Assembly (NCBI GenBank): GCA_013696835.1
Contig: JACCXV010000125.1
Location: 1 to 30,019, forward strand
DNA from: Gemmatimonadota bacterium
GTDB lineage: Bacteria > Gemmatimonadota > Gemmatimonadetes > JACCXV01
DNA length: 30,019 bases
Direction: 5' to 3'
Shown: one piece after another, positions 21,069 to 29,417 of the stretch
Numbering within the stretch: position 1 is the first letter of the stretch
How the letters are laid out: every line of letters begins with the position of its first letter
The notes under the pieces: generated by a model
Seen by the model: the letters and a program-made list of their open reading frames with translations, nothing else
The model's database searches: none
What the model was told of the DNA's origin: nothing
Translations under genes and position numbers: made by a program

Positions 21069-24000
21069 ATGGCAGTAACACACAAGGTATGGCGGTTGCT
21101 GGCGATCAGCTTCCTGACCGTCATCCTGGGTTTCGTGGCCGCCTGCGGTGACGACGACGGAGCGATCCCGACGCCCGGTGGGGGCGACGAAACGGGCTCG
21201 ATCTCCGGAACCGTCAGCGACGCAACCGGCGCCGCGGTGGCCGGGGCACAGGTCGGAACCACGCCGGCGACGAACGTCGCCTTCACGGATGCCCAGGGCC
21301 GATTCCAGATCCAGAACGTGCCCGAAGGGTCCTTCGCCGTCACGGCTACGCGGGAGGGCTTCAACTCCAGCTCCGTCACGGTTGACCTGGACGAGGGCGA
21401 GGACGCCACCGGCGTCAACATCACCCTGACGCAGCAGACTGGCGGCGGCCCGGATTCGACGGGCACGGTCACCGGTCTCGTGTCGCGCAGCAGCGGTCAG
21501 GCCGTGGCAGAGGGCACCGAGGTGCTCATCTTCCGTGACGCCTCGGCCTGCGGCGACACCACGCTCACACCGAACTTCACGGCGACCACCGACGCGGGGG
21601 GCCGCTACCTCGTGAACGACATCCCGGCGGGCGCGTACGTCGCGTGCGTGACGGCGTCGATCGGTGGCCAGGAGTTCGTCGGTCGCGCGGGCTTCGTCGT
21701 CAACGGCGGCGAGATCACCGAGGCCAACATCACCGTCGGCCGCGACGCGGATCAGACGACCGAGCCGAACATCGGCGGCACGCCGGTCGATCTGGACGAT
21801 CAGGGCAACTTCGAGGGCGCGATCACGTTCATCGACGTGGACGGCGACGGCGACTCGGACGAGGACTGCAACGTCATCCGCACCCAGCACCTGTGGGTCG
21901 TCGAGGTGACGGACGGCGCCGGTACTCCCGTCTCGGGCGTGCGGGTCGAGTGGTCACTCAACCAGGCCGGCGGCGGCGTGCAGGTCACCGGTCCGGACGG
22001 CGAGATCTTCGTGCGCGGCACGACCGGCGTGATCGTCGACACCGACGATCCGTTCCTGGATCCGGTCCAGGCCGAGAGCGCCAAGCGCGCCTCGAGCAAC
22101 GTGACCCCGCAGTTCAAGGTGGACGACACCCACGCGGTGACGTACACGAACGACAGCGACCAGACGGTCGACTTCAACGGCGAGACGGTGACGGTCGCCA
22201 CCGGGCAGACCTGGATCATCGTCACCTCGCCGATCGAGGGCTTCACCGACGTGATCGCCTTCAGCCCGGATCTCGGGCGCGGCGTCACGGAGAACGGTGA
22301 CAAGGCCTTCGCGGTCAAGCGCTGGGTGAACTGGCGGCTCGAGGTCGCCGAGCTCACGGGCAACCTGAGCGGCGGCGCGACGGCCGGCGGCGGAGCCATC
22401 ACCGATACGCTGGGCATCATCGGTAGCGTGGTGGCCGACGGCGACACGATCACCAACCGTCTCGATCGCACCCCGGACTGCCCGGCGGGCGGGCTCGTGG
22501 GCGACGACTGCGACCTGAGCAACCGGGCCTTCCTGGGCCTGGTGATCAGCCGCCTCCGCACGGATTCGCCGTTCACGTTCATCTCGGGTGCCGTGAACTT
22601 CGCGGTGACGGACGACGTTCCGGATACCGACATCGACAACATCGACAGCTCCGAGGACGTCGGCGGCCCGCTCTTCACGGGCGGCGGCGTGATCTCGGCT
22701 GACGAGAACTCCGGCGACGTGGCCTTCGTGATGGATGGCCCGGTGTCCTTCGAGTGCGAGGCCGTGGACGTGGAAGGCGACTGCCTGGACATCGACGTCG
22801 TGAACGGCGCGACGAACGCGTTGGGCCAGGATCTGTCCGACTTCGGCTTCACGATCACGCCAGGCGCCGAGGGAACGGTCTCCGCGATCGCGGTGACGGT
22901 CTCGCTCGACAGCCTGGTCTTCTTCGCCGAGATCAGCGACACGACCGCCACGGGCTTCACCTTCAGTGACGACCTGCAGCGGCTGATCGAGGGCACGGCC
23001 GACCTCGAGTCCGGCTTCACCTTCACGGTCACGGACGAGTTCGGCGAGGTCTGCGCGGACATCGACATCACCAAGCGGTGGGTGTCGTCGGTCCTGCGGA
23101 TCTTCAAGCAGGGCCCGTCCGTAGTGGCCCTCAACGATCAGTTCGAGTACACGGTCACCGTCGTGAACGACGGCGAGGACCAGTCGAACGACGTGGTCAT
23201 CGCGGACACGCTGCCGCTCGAGGACGTGGCGGCGGTCGGCGACCGTCAGGGCGGGCAGGCGTTCCGCTACGTGACGGACGACCCGACGTTCGATCCCGAC
23301 GGCATCCGCTACTACATCGACACGGCGGATGACGGCCCGGGCGTCACGACTGACGTCTGCTTCGAGGCCCCGGACCCGGTCCCGACTGCGTTCGTCACGC
23401 CGGCTCTCTGCCCGACCGTGACGGCGTTCGCGACGATCGATGAGGCTCGCACGGCGGCCGAGGAGGCTTCGGCTGGCGGCGATCAGGTGGTCATCGTGGA
23501 GTACTTCGACGAGAACGTGCTGGCCCGTACCCAGCCGGGTGGCGACGTCGAGGCGGAGGACTCCTTCGAGATCACGCTCGAGGCCTTCCAGTCGATCAAT
23601 GCCTTCCGCATCGGAGGCGCGCTGCCGGTCGCGGGCGATCCGAACTTCGCGTTCTGCAACATCGCCACGGTCACGTCGGCCGAGAACGACTTCGCGGCTG
23701 ACAGCGTCTGCACGACGCCCCTCGAGGCTCTGCTCGAGGTCCGCAAGACGGTGGACGACGCCATCGTTCCGGCGGGTGACCAGGTCGAGTTCCTGATCGA
23801 GATCGGCAACAACGGCTCGGACGACCTGACGAACGTCACGGTCTCCGACACCTTCGACGTGGGTCTCGAGTTCGTGATGATCGAGAGCCTGTGCGAAGGG
23901 TGCACGGCAGACTCGACGGCCGTCGATACGACGGGCGCCGCGCGGTCCATCATCACCTTCACGGTGCCGGTGGTCCCGCCCACGGATGACAACGCCAACG

Positions 24001-24560
24001 GCATCTTCGACGACGGCGAGGGCTTCGTAGTGGCGAACCTCGTGCTCCGTACGCCGCTGGCGCAGGGTCAGTTCTGCAACCGGGTCACGGTCTCCGCGGT
24101 GTTCGGTGACAACGACCTCACCGACACCGACCTCGCCTGCGTGCTCACGCAGGTGGAGATCGAGTTCGACATCGTCAACGACGACGGTCTGATCGTCGGC
24201 GGCGCGTTCACGGACGTCGAGACCTTCCAGGTCGGCGACACCGTGGCGTACCAGACGATCATCACCAACCGCTCGAACGTGGCGGCTTCGAACGTCTCGG
24301 TCCTGTGGGAGATCGCTCCGGAGTTCGGCATCCTCGACTTCCTGGCCACCAGTCTCGAGGATCCGACGGACATCAGCTGCAGCACGGCGAGCGACACCTG
24401 CTCGGTGACCGTCGCCACGCTGGCTCCGAGCGCGTCCATCTCGCTGAACTACACGACGCTGGCAGTGCTCCAGGGCAACGACGTGAACCGTATCACGCTC
24501 AATGCCAACGAGCTCAGCCTGCCGGTGGTGAACGAAGAGCCGACGACGGTCAACCCGTAA
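21069..24560 (+). CDS. Large acidic predicted lipoprotein (1163 aa): two carboxypeptidase-regulatory-like domains, a ~440-aa central region and three DUF11-like domains (long paralog)
   Basis: AGGAG at 21055-21059. Signal MAVTHKVWRLLAISFLTVILGFVAA-C. D/E/T/V-rich; DxDxDG loops; clear C-terminal homology to 18596..20773 (both end LP[LV]VNEEPTTV[TN]P). Confidence 0.85.
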   Translation: MAVTHKVWRLLAISFLTVILGFVAACGDDDGAIPTPGGGDETGSISGTVSDATGAAVAGAQVGTTPATNVAFTDAQGRFQIQNVPEGSFAVTATREGFNSSSVTVDLDEGEDATGVNITLTQQTGGGPDSTGTVTGLVSRSSGQAVAEGTEVLIFRDASACGDTTLTPNFTATTDAGGRYLVNDIPAGAYVACVTASIGGQEFVGRAGFVVNGGEITEANITVGRDADQTTEPNIGGTPVDLDDQGNFEGAITFIDVDGDGDSDEDCNVIRTQHLWVVEVTDGAGTPVSGVRVEWSLNQAGGGVQVTGPDGEIFVRGTTGVIVDTDDPFLDPVQAESAKRASSNVTPQFKVDDTHAVTYTNDSDQTVDFNGETVTVATGQTWIIVTSPIEGFTDVIAFSPDLGRGVTENGDKAFAVKRWVNWRLEVAELTGNLSGGATAGGGAITDTLGIIGSVVADGDTITNRLDRTPDCPAGGLVGDDCDLSNRAFLGLVISRLRTDSPFTFISGAVNFAVTDDVPDTDIDNIDSSEDVGGPLFTGGGVISADENSGDVAFVMDGPVSFECEAVDVEGDCLDIDVVNGATNALGQDLSDFGFTITPGAEGTVSAIAVTVSLDSLVFFAEISDTTATGFTFSDDLQRLIEGTADLESGFTFTVTDEFGEVCADIDITKRWVSSVLRIFKQGPSVVALNDQFEYTVTVVNDGEDQSNDVVIADTLPLEDVAAVGDRQGGQAFRYVTDDPTFDPDGIRYYIDTADDGPGVTTDVCFEAPDPVPTAFVTPALCPTVTAFATIDEARTAAEEASAGGDQVVIVEYFDENVLARTQPGGDVEAEDSFEITLEAFQSINAFRIGGALPVAGDPNFAFCNIATVTSAENDFAADSVCTTPLEALLEVRKTVDDAIVPAGDQVEFLIEIGNNGSDDLTNVTVSDTFDVGLEFVMIESLCEGCTADSTAVDTTGAARSIITFTVPVVPPTDDNANGIFDDGEGFVVANLVLRTPLAQGQFCNRVTVSAVFGDNDLTDTDLACVLTQVEIEFDIVNDDGLIVGGAFTDVETFQVGDTVAYQTIITNRSNVAASNVSVLWEIAPEFGILDFLATSLEDPTDISCSTASDTCSVTVATLAPSASISLNYTTLAVLQGNDVNRITLNANELSLPVVNEEPTTVNP

Positions 24561-24581
24561 CGGGCCGGCGTCTTCCGGGAA

Positions 24582-24607
24582 CGCGGGGTCCCTCCGGGGG
24601 CCCCGCG
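24582..24607 (+). terminator. GC-rich hairpin between the long lipoprotein gene and the beta-barrel gene (terminator or stabiliser)
   Basis: CGCGGGGTCCC-TCCG-GGGGCCCCGCG: 11-bp stem with one G-U pair; no U-tract. Confidence 0.45.
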
Positions 24608-24660
24608 GACACCGGGTCGAAATTCCGACTTTCGTTCCAACCCATCGGAGGTGCTCGCAC

Positions 24661-25920
24661 ATGAAAAGGATTGCAGTAGCACTGACCCTGGCGGGCATGC
24701 TCTTGGGCATCCCCGTCCTGGGTCATGGCCAGACGCGTGACCGCAGCTTCGAGATCACGCCGTTCGGCGGATACACGATCTGGGACGACGACGTCGTCTT
24801 CCTGGAGGCAGGGCCGAACTTCGGCGGCAACCTCGCCTGGTTCCCCACCCGGAACCTCGGGATCGAGGGCACCATCGGGTTCAGCCCCGGGAACAGCGTC
24901 GACGAGGAGCAGCTCGCGAATGCCGGCGTCGACGCGACCGATTTCGTCGACAACGAGGTGGACGTCTGGGACGTGCACGTGAACGGCGTCTACCAGCTCT
25001 CCTTCAACCCCGAGCAGAAGGTCGTGCCGTACGTCTCCGCGGGCGTGGGTCAGCTCGTGTTCGACCAGGACACGCAGGCAGACACCTCACCGTCCGACGA
25101 CGATGACGACGAGCTCGAGGACCTGAACGAGCCGCAGTTCGCGATGAACGTGGGCGGCGGCCTCAAGATCTTCTTCGGGGAGTCGATCGCGCTTCGCCTC
25201 GACGCGCGCAACGTGATCGCGCAGGTCGAGCGCGGCTTCACGCGCAATGAGCTGCCCCCGGGAAACAACACGAAGACCTTCATGGCGGACAACGTCTATC
25301 TCACTGGCGGCCTGACCTTCACGCTGGGCGGCTCGGCCGAGGAGGAGACGCGGGACTCCGATCGTGACGGCGTGCTCGACAAGGACGACCTCTGTCCGAA
25401 CACGCCGGCCGGCGTCATCGTGGACGAGACCGGCTGTCCGGTCGACTCCGACGGCGACGGCGTGCCCGACGGCATCGACGCCTGCCCGAACACCCCGAGC
25501 GGAGCCACCGTGGACGAGCGCGGCTGCCCGACGGACTCGGACAACGACGGCGTGCCCGACGGTCAGGACCAGTGCCCGAACACGCCCGCCGGAACGCAGG
25601 TGGACGAGAAGGGCTGCCCCATGGAGGAGCCGGAGCCGGAGCGCACCGACTGCCTGGGCAGCCAGTCCTTCTACACGAACAACGAGGCGATCAACGTCGA
25701 GGGCAAGAACTGGCTGCAGTTCGGCGACGTCCAGACCGCCAACACCGCCGATGTCGAGCAGATCGGCGACTACCAGGGCGTGGCGGTGTTCGCCAAGAAG
25801 GGCGCACGCCGGCCGCTCCGCGAGATCTGGCTGCCTCTCTGCGACGGCGAGGGCCGCTTCCAGCCCTTCCGCCTCGAGAGCGAGGTCCGCGGCACCCTGG
25901 GAACGCTGAAGGCTCGGTAG
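24661..25920 (+). CDS. OmpA-like outer-membrane beta-barrel protein with three thrombospondin type-3 repeats and an atypical C-terminal domain
   Basis: GGAGGT at 24647-24652; signal peptide ending GHG-Q. Barrel strands FEITPFGGY, GIEGTIGF, PYVSAGVG, NVGGGLKIFF, ALRLDAR, YLTGGLTF; three D.D.DGV.D..D.CP.TP.G..VD..GCP units. Confidence 0.85.
   Translation: MKRIAVALTLAGMLLGIPVLGHGQTRDRSFEITPFGGYTIWDDDVVFLEAGPNFGGNLAWFPTRNLGIEGTIGFSPGNSVDEEQLANAGVDATDFVDNEVDVWDVHVNGVYQLSFNPEQKVVPYVSAGVGQLVFDQDTQADTSPSDDDDDELEDLNEPQFAMNVGGGLKIFFGESIALRLDARNVIAQVERGFTRNELPPGNNTKTFMADNVYLTGGLTFTLGGSAEEETRDSDRDGVLDKDDLCPNTPAGVIVDETGCPVDSDGDGVPDGIDACPNTPSGATVDERGCPTDSDNDGVPDGQDQCPNTPAGTQVDEKGCPMEEPEPERTDCLGSQSFYTNNEAINVEGKNWLQFGDVQTANTADVEQIGDYQGVAVFAKKGARRPLREIWLPLCDGEGRFQPFRLESEVRGTLGTLKAR
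25354..25620 (+). repeat. Three 90-bp coding repeats (TSP3-type Ca-binding units)
   Basis: Units start at 25354, 25444 and 25534: DSDRDGVLDKDDLCP, DSDGDGVPDGIDACP, DSDNDGVPDGQDQCP. Confidence 0.9.
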
Positions 25921-25966
25921 GGTCGGACGAACGTTGCGGCCGAGTTTTCCGGCCGCTGGCAAAGGC

Positions 25967-26000
25967 AAAGGGCCCCACGCAGGTGGGGCCCTTTCGCTTG
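25967..26000 (+). terminator. Intrinsic terminator after the beta-barrel gene
   Basis: Perfect 12-bp stem AAAGGGCCCCAC / GTGGGGCCCTTT, loop GCAG, followed by pyrimidine-rich CGCTTG(TTCC). Confidence 0.75.
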
Positions 26001-26174
26001 TTCCTCCCATTTTCGCTACAGCACTCCCCCCGGTGTCCCTGATGGCTTCGGGCCGGCACACCTCTTTGCGTTCTCGGGCGTACATGGGCATTATGGCGCG
26101 GCCCCGCATCTGCCCCCACGCCCCCTGCGCCTTGTAAGTAGCTGCGATGATTGCAGTTGAGGCCGGACATGGGG

Positions 26175-26190
26175 TGGCTCGCGCTTTGCT
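26175..26190 (+). promoter_or_regulatory. sigma54 (-24/-12) promoter
   Basis: TGGCTCGCGCTTTGCT matches TGGCACG-N4-TTGCW with one mismatch; it ends 54 nt before ATG 26245. Confidence 0.65.
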
Positions 26191-26244
26191 ACGGAGAGGC
26201 GCGCGGCCGAACACGCCATCAGCCACTCCCCTCCACTGCCTACC

Positions 26245-27861
26245 ATGAGGTCGAGCGTGCCCCACGCCGTGGTCTACCGGCTCCTTCGAGCAGGGTGTTT
26301 CGGGCTCGTCGTGCTCGTGATGGCGACGATCCAGGCCTGCAGCTCCAGCTCCGGTGGGCCCTCCGCGCCCCTCACGGCGAATGCCGCTCCCACCCTCGTG
26401 CGCGTGAGCCCGTCCGAGACGTCGCTCCAGCGGGAAGTGGGGCAGGCGATCGCCTTCGAGATCGAGGGAACGGACCCCGACGGCAGTCCTCTCACATTCG
26501 AGTTCCTTCTCGACGGCGACCGGGCTTCGACCTCCAGCAGGTTTAGCTTCACGCCCGACTCGGCAGGCACGCACGAGGTGACGGTGCGCGTCTCGGACGG
26601 CGTCAACGTGGTGACTCGCCGCTGGACGATCACGGTCGCGCCCGACGTTCCCCGGCCGCCGGTGGCCACGGTAGTCGTGAGTCCCGACTCGGGCTCCGCG
26701 CCGCTGCAGGTCACGATCACGGTCACGGCCAGCGACGAGGACGGCGCCGTCGCGCGCTACCAGGTGGACTCGCAGGCGGACGGCACGTTCGAATACGATG
26801 GCGCCACGCCGCCTCCGGCGCCGGGACTCACCGCGACGTTTCCGGCCGCGGGCACGTACCGCGTGCGCGCGCGCGTGACCGACGACGAGGGTCTGACCGC
26901 GATCGTCGAACGCTCGGTGCGAGTCAGCGCCAACCGGCCGCCGCAAGCGAGCCTGACGGTGGCGCCCGCGGAGGGTCTCGCGCCACTGGCCGTGCGGGTG
27001 AATGGCGCGGGGACGGATGCCGAGGGCGGGATCGCGCTCTACGAGCTGGATCTGGACGGCGACGGAGGGTACGAGCTGGCGCAGGCAGCGCCCTTCGATA
27101 CGACGATCGTCTTCGACGACTACACGCGCGCGGTGGATCTCGTCCTGCGGGTCACGGACGCCGCCGGCCAGACGGACGTGGACCGCGCGACTGTCCGCCC
27201 CCTCCCAGACGTCGACGAGTCGGCCTCGACGCTGCGGCAGTCGGGAACCGAGCGGCTGCCCTCGGACGGCCGTTCCGTGCGCAGGATCATCGTGCGCATC
27301 GTCGACCCCACGGGCCGGCCCCTTCGAGGCGTGACGGTGGAGCTCGCCTCCAGCCGCAACGGCGGACCGATGGGAACGGTCGACGTGATCTCCCCCGCGG
27401 CCGCGACGACCAACGCGGCGGGGGAGGTCGAGGCGAACTTCAGCACGAACTCGAGCTCGACGCTCCTGGGCGACGCCGTGGTCACCGCCCGCGCCGCCGG
27501 CGAGACGCTCGCCGCCTCGATCACGATCCAGTTCGTGACCCCCGTGAACACCGCCCGAAGCTCGATCCGCTGCCCCTTCACGGCCGTGCACGTCGTGGGC
27601 TCGCGATCCACGCCGCGGCAGGCTGACGTGCTGGCCACGATCCGCGACGCGACTGGCAATCCACTGCCCGGGATCTTCGTCGAGTTCAGGACGCGCGACC
27701 CCGCGATCTGGCCCGTCATGCCGGCGAGCGGTCGCACGAACGGAGCCGGCCAGTTCGGAGGGGTCGTCACCTCCGCGCGGCCGAACGACAGCACGTTCGT
27801 GGACGTGTACGCGGATGGCCACAAGACGGGGGCGATCTGCATCGTGAGCTTCCTGCCCTGA
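26245..27861 (+). CDS. Predicted lipoprotein with an N-terminal Ig-like domain, two PKD-like domains and two Big_1/invasin-like domains
   Basis: Lipobox-like IQA-C followed by SSSSGG. PKD patterns (GSAPLQVT...ASDEDG...GTYRVRARVTDDEG; GLAPLAV...TDAEGGI.LYE.DLDGDG); Big_1 patterns (LPSDG....IIVRIVD.TGRPL.GVTV; TN.AG). GTG 26257 is an alternative start. Confidence 0.8.
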   Translation: MRSSVPHAVVYRLLRAGCFGLVVLVMATIQACSSSSGGPSAPLTANAAPTLVRVSPSETSLQREVGQAIAFEIEGTDPDGSPLTFEFLLDGDRASTSSRFSFTPDSAGTHEVTVRVSDGVNVVTRRWTITVAPDVPRPPVATVVVSPDSGSAPLQVTITVTASDEDGAVARYQVDSQADGTFEYDGATPPPAPGLTATFPAAGTYRVRARVTDDEGLTAIVERSVRVSANRPPQASLTVAPAEGLAPLAVRVNGAGTDAEGGIALYELDLDGDGGYELAQAAPFDTTIVFDDYTRAVDLVLRVTDAAGQTDVDRATVRPLPDVDESASTLRQSGTERLPSDGRSVRRIIVRIVDPTGRPLRGVTVELASSRNGGPMGTVDVISPAAATTNAAGEVEANFSTNSSSTLLGDAVVTARAAGETLAASITIQFVTPVNTARSSIRCPFTAVHVVGSRSTPRQADVLATIRDATGNPLPGIFVEFRTRDPAIWPVMPASGRTNGAGQFGGVVTSARPNDSTFVDVYADGHKTGAICIVSFLP

Positions 27862-27932
27862 GCTAGAACGAGCGTTCCGGGCGCTGCAGCCGCTCGGGCT
27901 CCTCCCCGGAGGCCCCCGCCGGCCGTTCTCGA

Positions 27933-27961
27933 TTGACCCTCCCCGCCGGGCGCCCTATCTT
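27933..27961 (+). promoter_or_regulatory. sigma70-type promoter
   Basis: TTGACC (27933-27938), exactly 17 nt, TATCTT (27956-27961); predicted start near A27968. Confidence 0.65.
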
Positions 27962-27993
27962 CGGCGCATTCCAGACACATTGGCGGTGTGACA

Positions 27994-28030
27994 CGGGGCC
28001 CGCGACAAACGAGGGCCCCGCGGTCTTTTT
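27994..28030 (+). terminator. Terminator-like hairpin within the 5' leader of the 28047 gene
   Basis: 8-bp stem CGGGGCCC / GGGCCCCG, followed after CGG by TCTTTTT. Confidence 0.4.
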
Positions 28031-28046
28031 CTCCGGGGTCGAACCC

Positions 28047-29417
28047 ATGAAGCATTCGCTCGCGCTCCAGTCGCTGCTCCACTCGCTGGCAGGGCTTCTG
28101 CTCCCGCTGTCGCTGGCGGCCTTGCCGGGCTGCAGCGGGGGGGGGAGCGGGCCCGATGAGGCTGGCGGCACGCTGCGGATCACGGCCGACGATCTCGATG
28201 GACCCGTGGCGGCCATCGCGCCGGCTGGTTTCGAGGTGGGCGAGGTCACGACCTGGAAGGTGCGGGTGAACGCCGGGCCGCGAACGGTAGTTGACAGCAC
28301 CTTCGCGGGGGGAACGGGGCCCTTCCGCGTGAATTTCCGTGTGCGTCCGGACACCTACCTGGTGCTCGTGGAGGGCTTCCAGGCCAGCGACGTGCTGCTC
28401 TTCAACGGCGCAACGCAGGCGACCGTAGCCGCCGACGATACCGCCTCGGCGGCGATCGACCTGGATCCGGCGCTCGGACCGTCGGAGTTCGTCGTTGAGA
28501 CGCCGGGCGGCTCGGGATCGGTCGCCACGAACGGCACGGCCGTGCTACGCGTCGTCGTTCGGAACACCGAAGGCCGGCCCGTGTCGGGCGCCACGGTCGC
28601 CTTCGGCGTGGAGCCCGCCACGCTGGGGGAGGTGGCATTCGACGGGTCGCCCGAGACCGGCTCCGACGGCACGCTGCGCGCGACGTTCGTTCCCGCGCGC
28701 CGCGAAGGCACCGGGGCGATCCGGCTGACGATCGACGGCCTGCCTGCCGCGGCCGGTGCGACGCGAGCCCTCTCCGTCGTGAGCCCCGTCAGCGCTACGC
28801 TTTCGACCGTCGAGGTTTCCAACGACGTGCTGCTCCCTGCCGACGGCGTGACCCCGGCTCGGATTCTCGTTCGGGTCGTGGACGCCGCGGGGATCCCTCA
28901 GGCCGGCATCCCCGTTGTCGTGCGCTCCAGCCGCAACGGCCCCGGGGATGCTCTCGACACGATCCGCAGCGACCAGACGGTGACCGACGCCGCGGGTCAG
29001 TTCCTGGCCACGCTCGTGACCTTCTCCAGCTCGAACCTCGCCGGCGACGTGGTCGTCACCGCCGAGGCCGATGGAAAAGTTATTTCGCGGAGGCCCTCGA
29101 TCAGCGTGCGCTCGCTCGTGAACGCCTCGCTAGCCGAGATTCGGGTTGTGCCGCAGACGGTGCCGGCCAACGGCGTGAGCGCGGCACAGGCGGATGTGAC
29201 GGTGCGGGGGCCTGGCGGCGCCACGCTCCCCAACGTGCTGGTTCGCCTGCAGACTAAGGACGACTCGCTTTTCCGCATCGAGCCCGCCTCGGCACGTACG
29301 AACGCCTCCGGGACCGTCCGCTTCCGGATCTCCTCAACTGTGCGCACGGGCACGATCCTGGACGTCTTCGCGGACGGGCTGAAGACGAGCGCCGTGGGCT
29401 TCGTGCTGTTTCAGTGA
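28047..29417 (+). CDS. Predicted lipoprotein with three Big_1/invasin-like Ig domains (456 aa)
   Basis: Signal MKHSLALQSLLHSLAGLLLPLSLAALPG-C. Repeated V.V.N/D..G.PV/Q.G..V, T...G and PADG/PANG motifs; the last two domains are paralogous to those of 26245..27861. Confidence 0.8.
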   Translation: MKHSLALQSLLHSLAGLLLPLSLAALPGCSGGGSGPDEAGGTLRITADDLDGPVAAIAPAGFEVGEVTTWKVRVNAGPRTVVDSTFAGGTGPFRVNFRVRPDTYLVLVEGFQASDVLLFNGATQATVAADDTASAAIDLDPALGPSEFVVETPGGSGSVATNGTAVLRVVVRNTEGRPVSGATVAFGVEPATLGEVAFDGSPETGSDGTLRATFVPARREGTGAIRLTIDGLPAAAGATRALSVVSPVSATLSTVEVSNDVLLPADGVTPARILVRVVDAAGIPQAGIPVVVRSSRNGPGDALDTIRSDQTVTDAAGQFLATLVTFSSSNLAGDVVVTAEADGKVISRRPSISVRSLVNASLAEIRVVPQTVPANGVSAAQADVTVRGPGGATLPNVLVRLQTKDDSLFRIEPASARTNASGTVRFRISSTVRTGTILDVFADGLKTSAVGFVLFQ

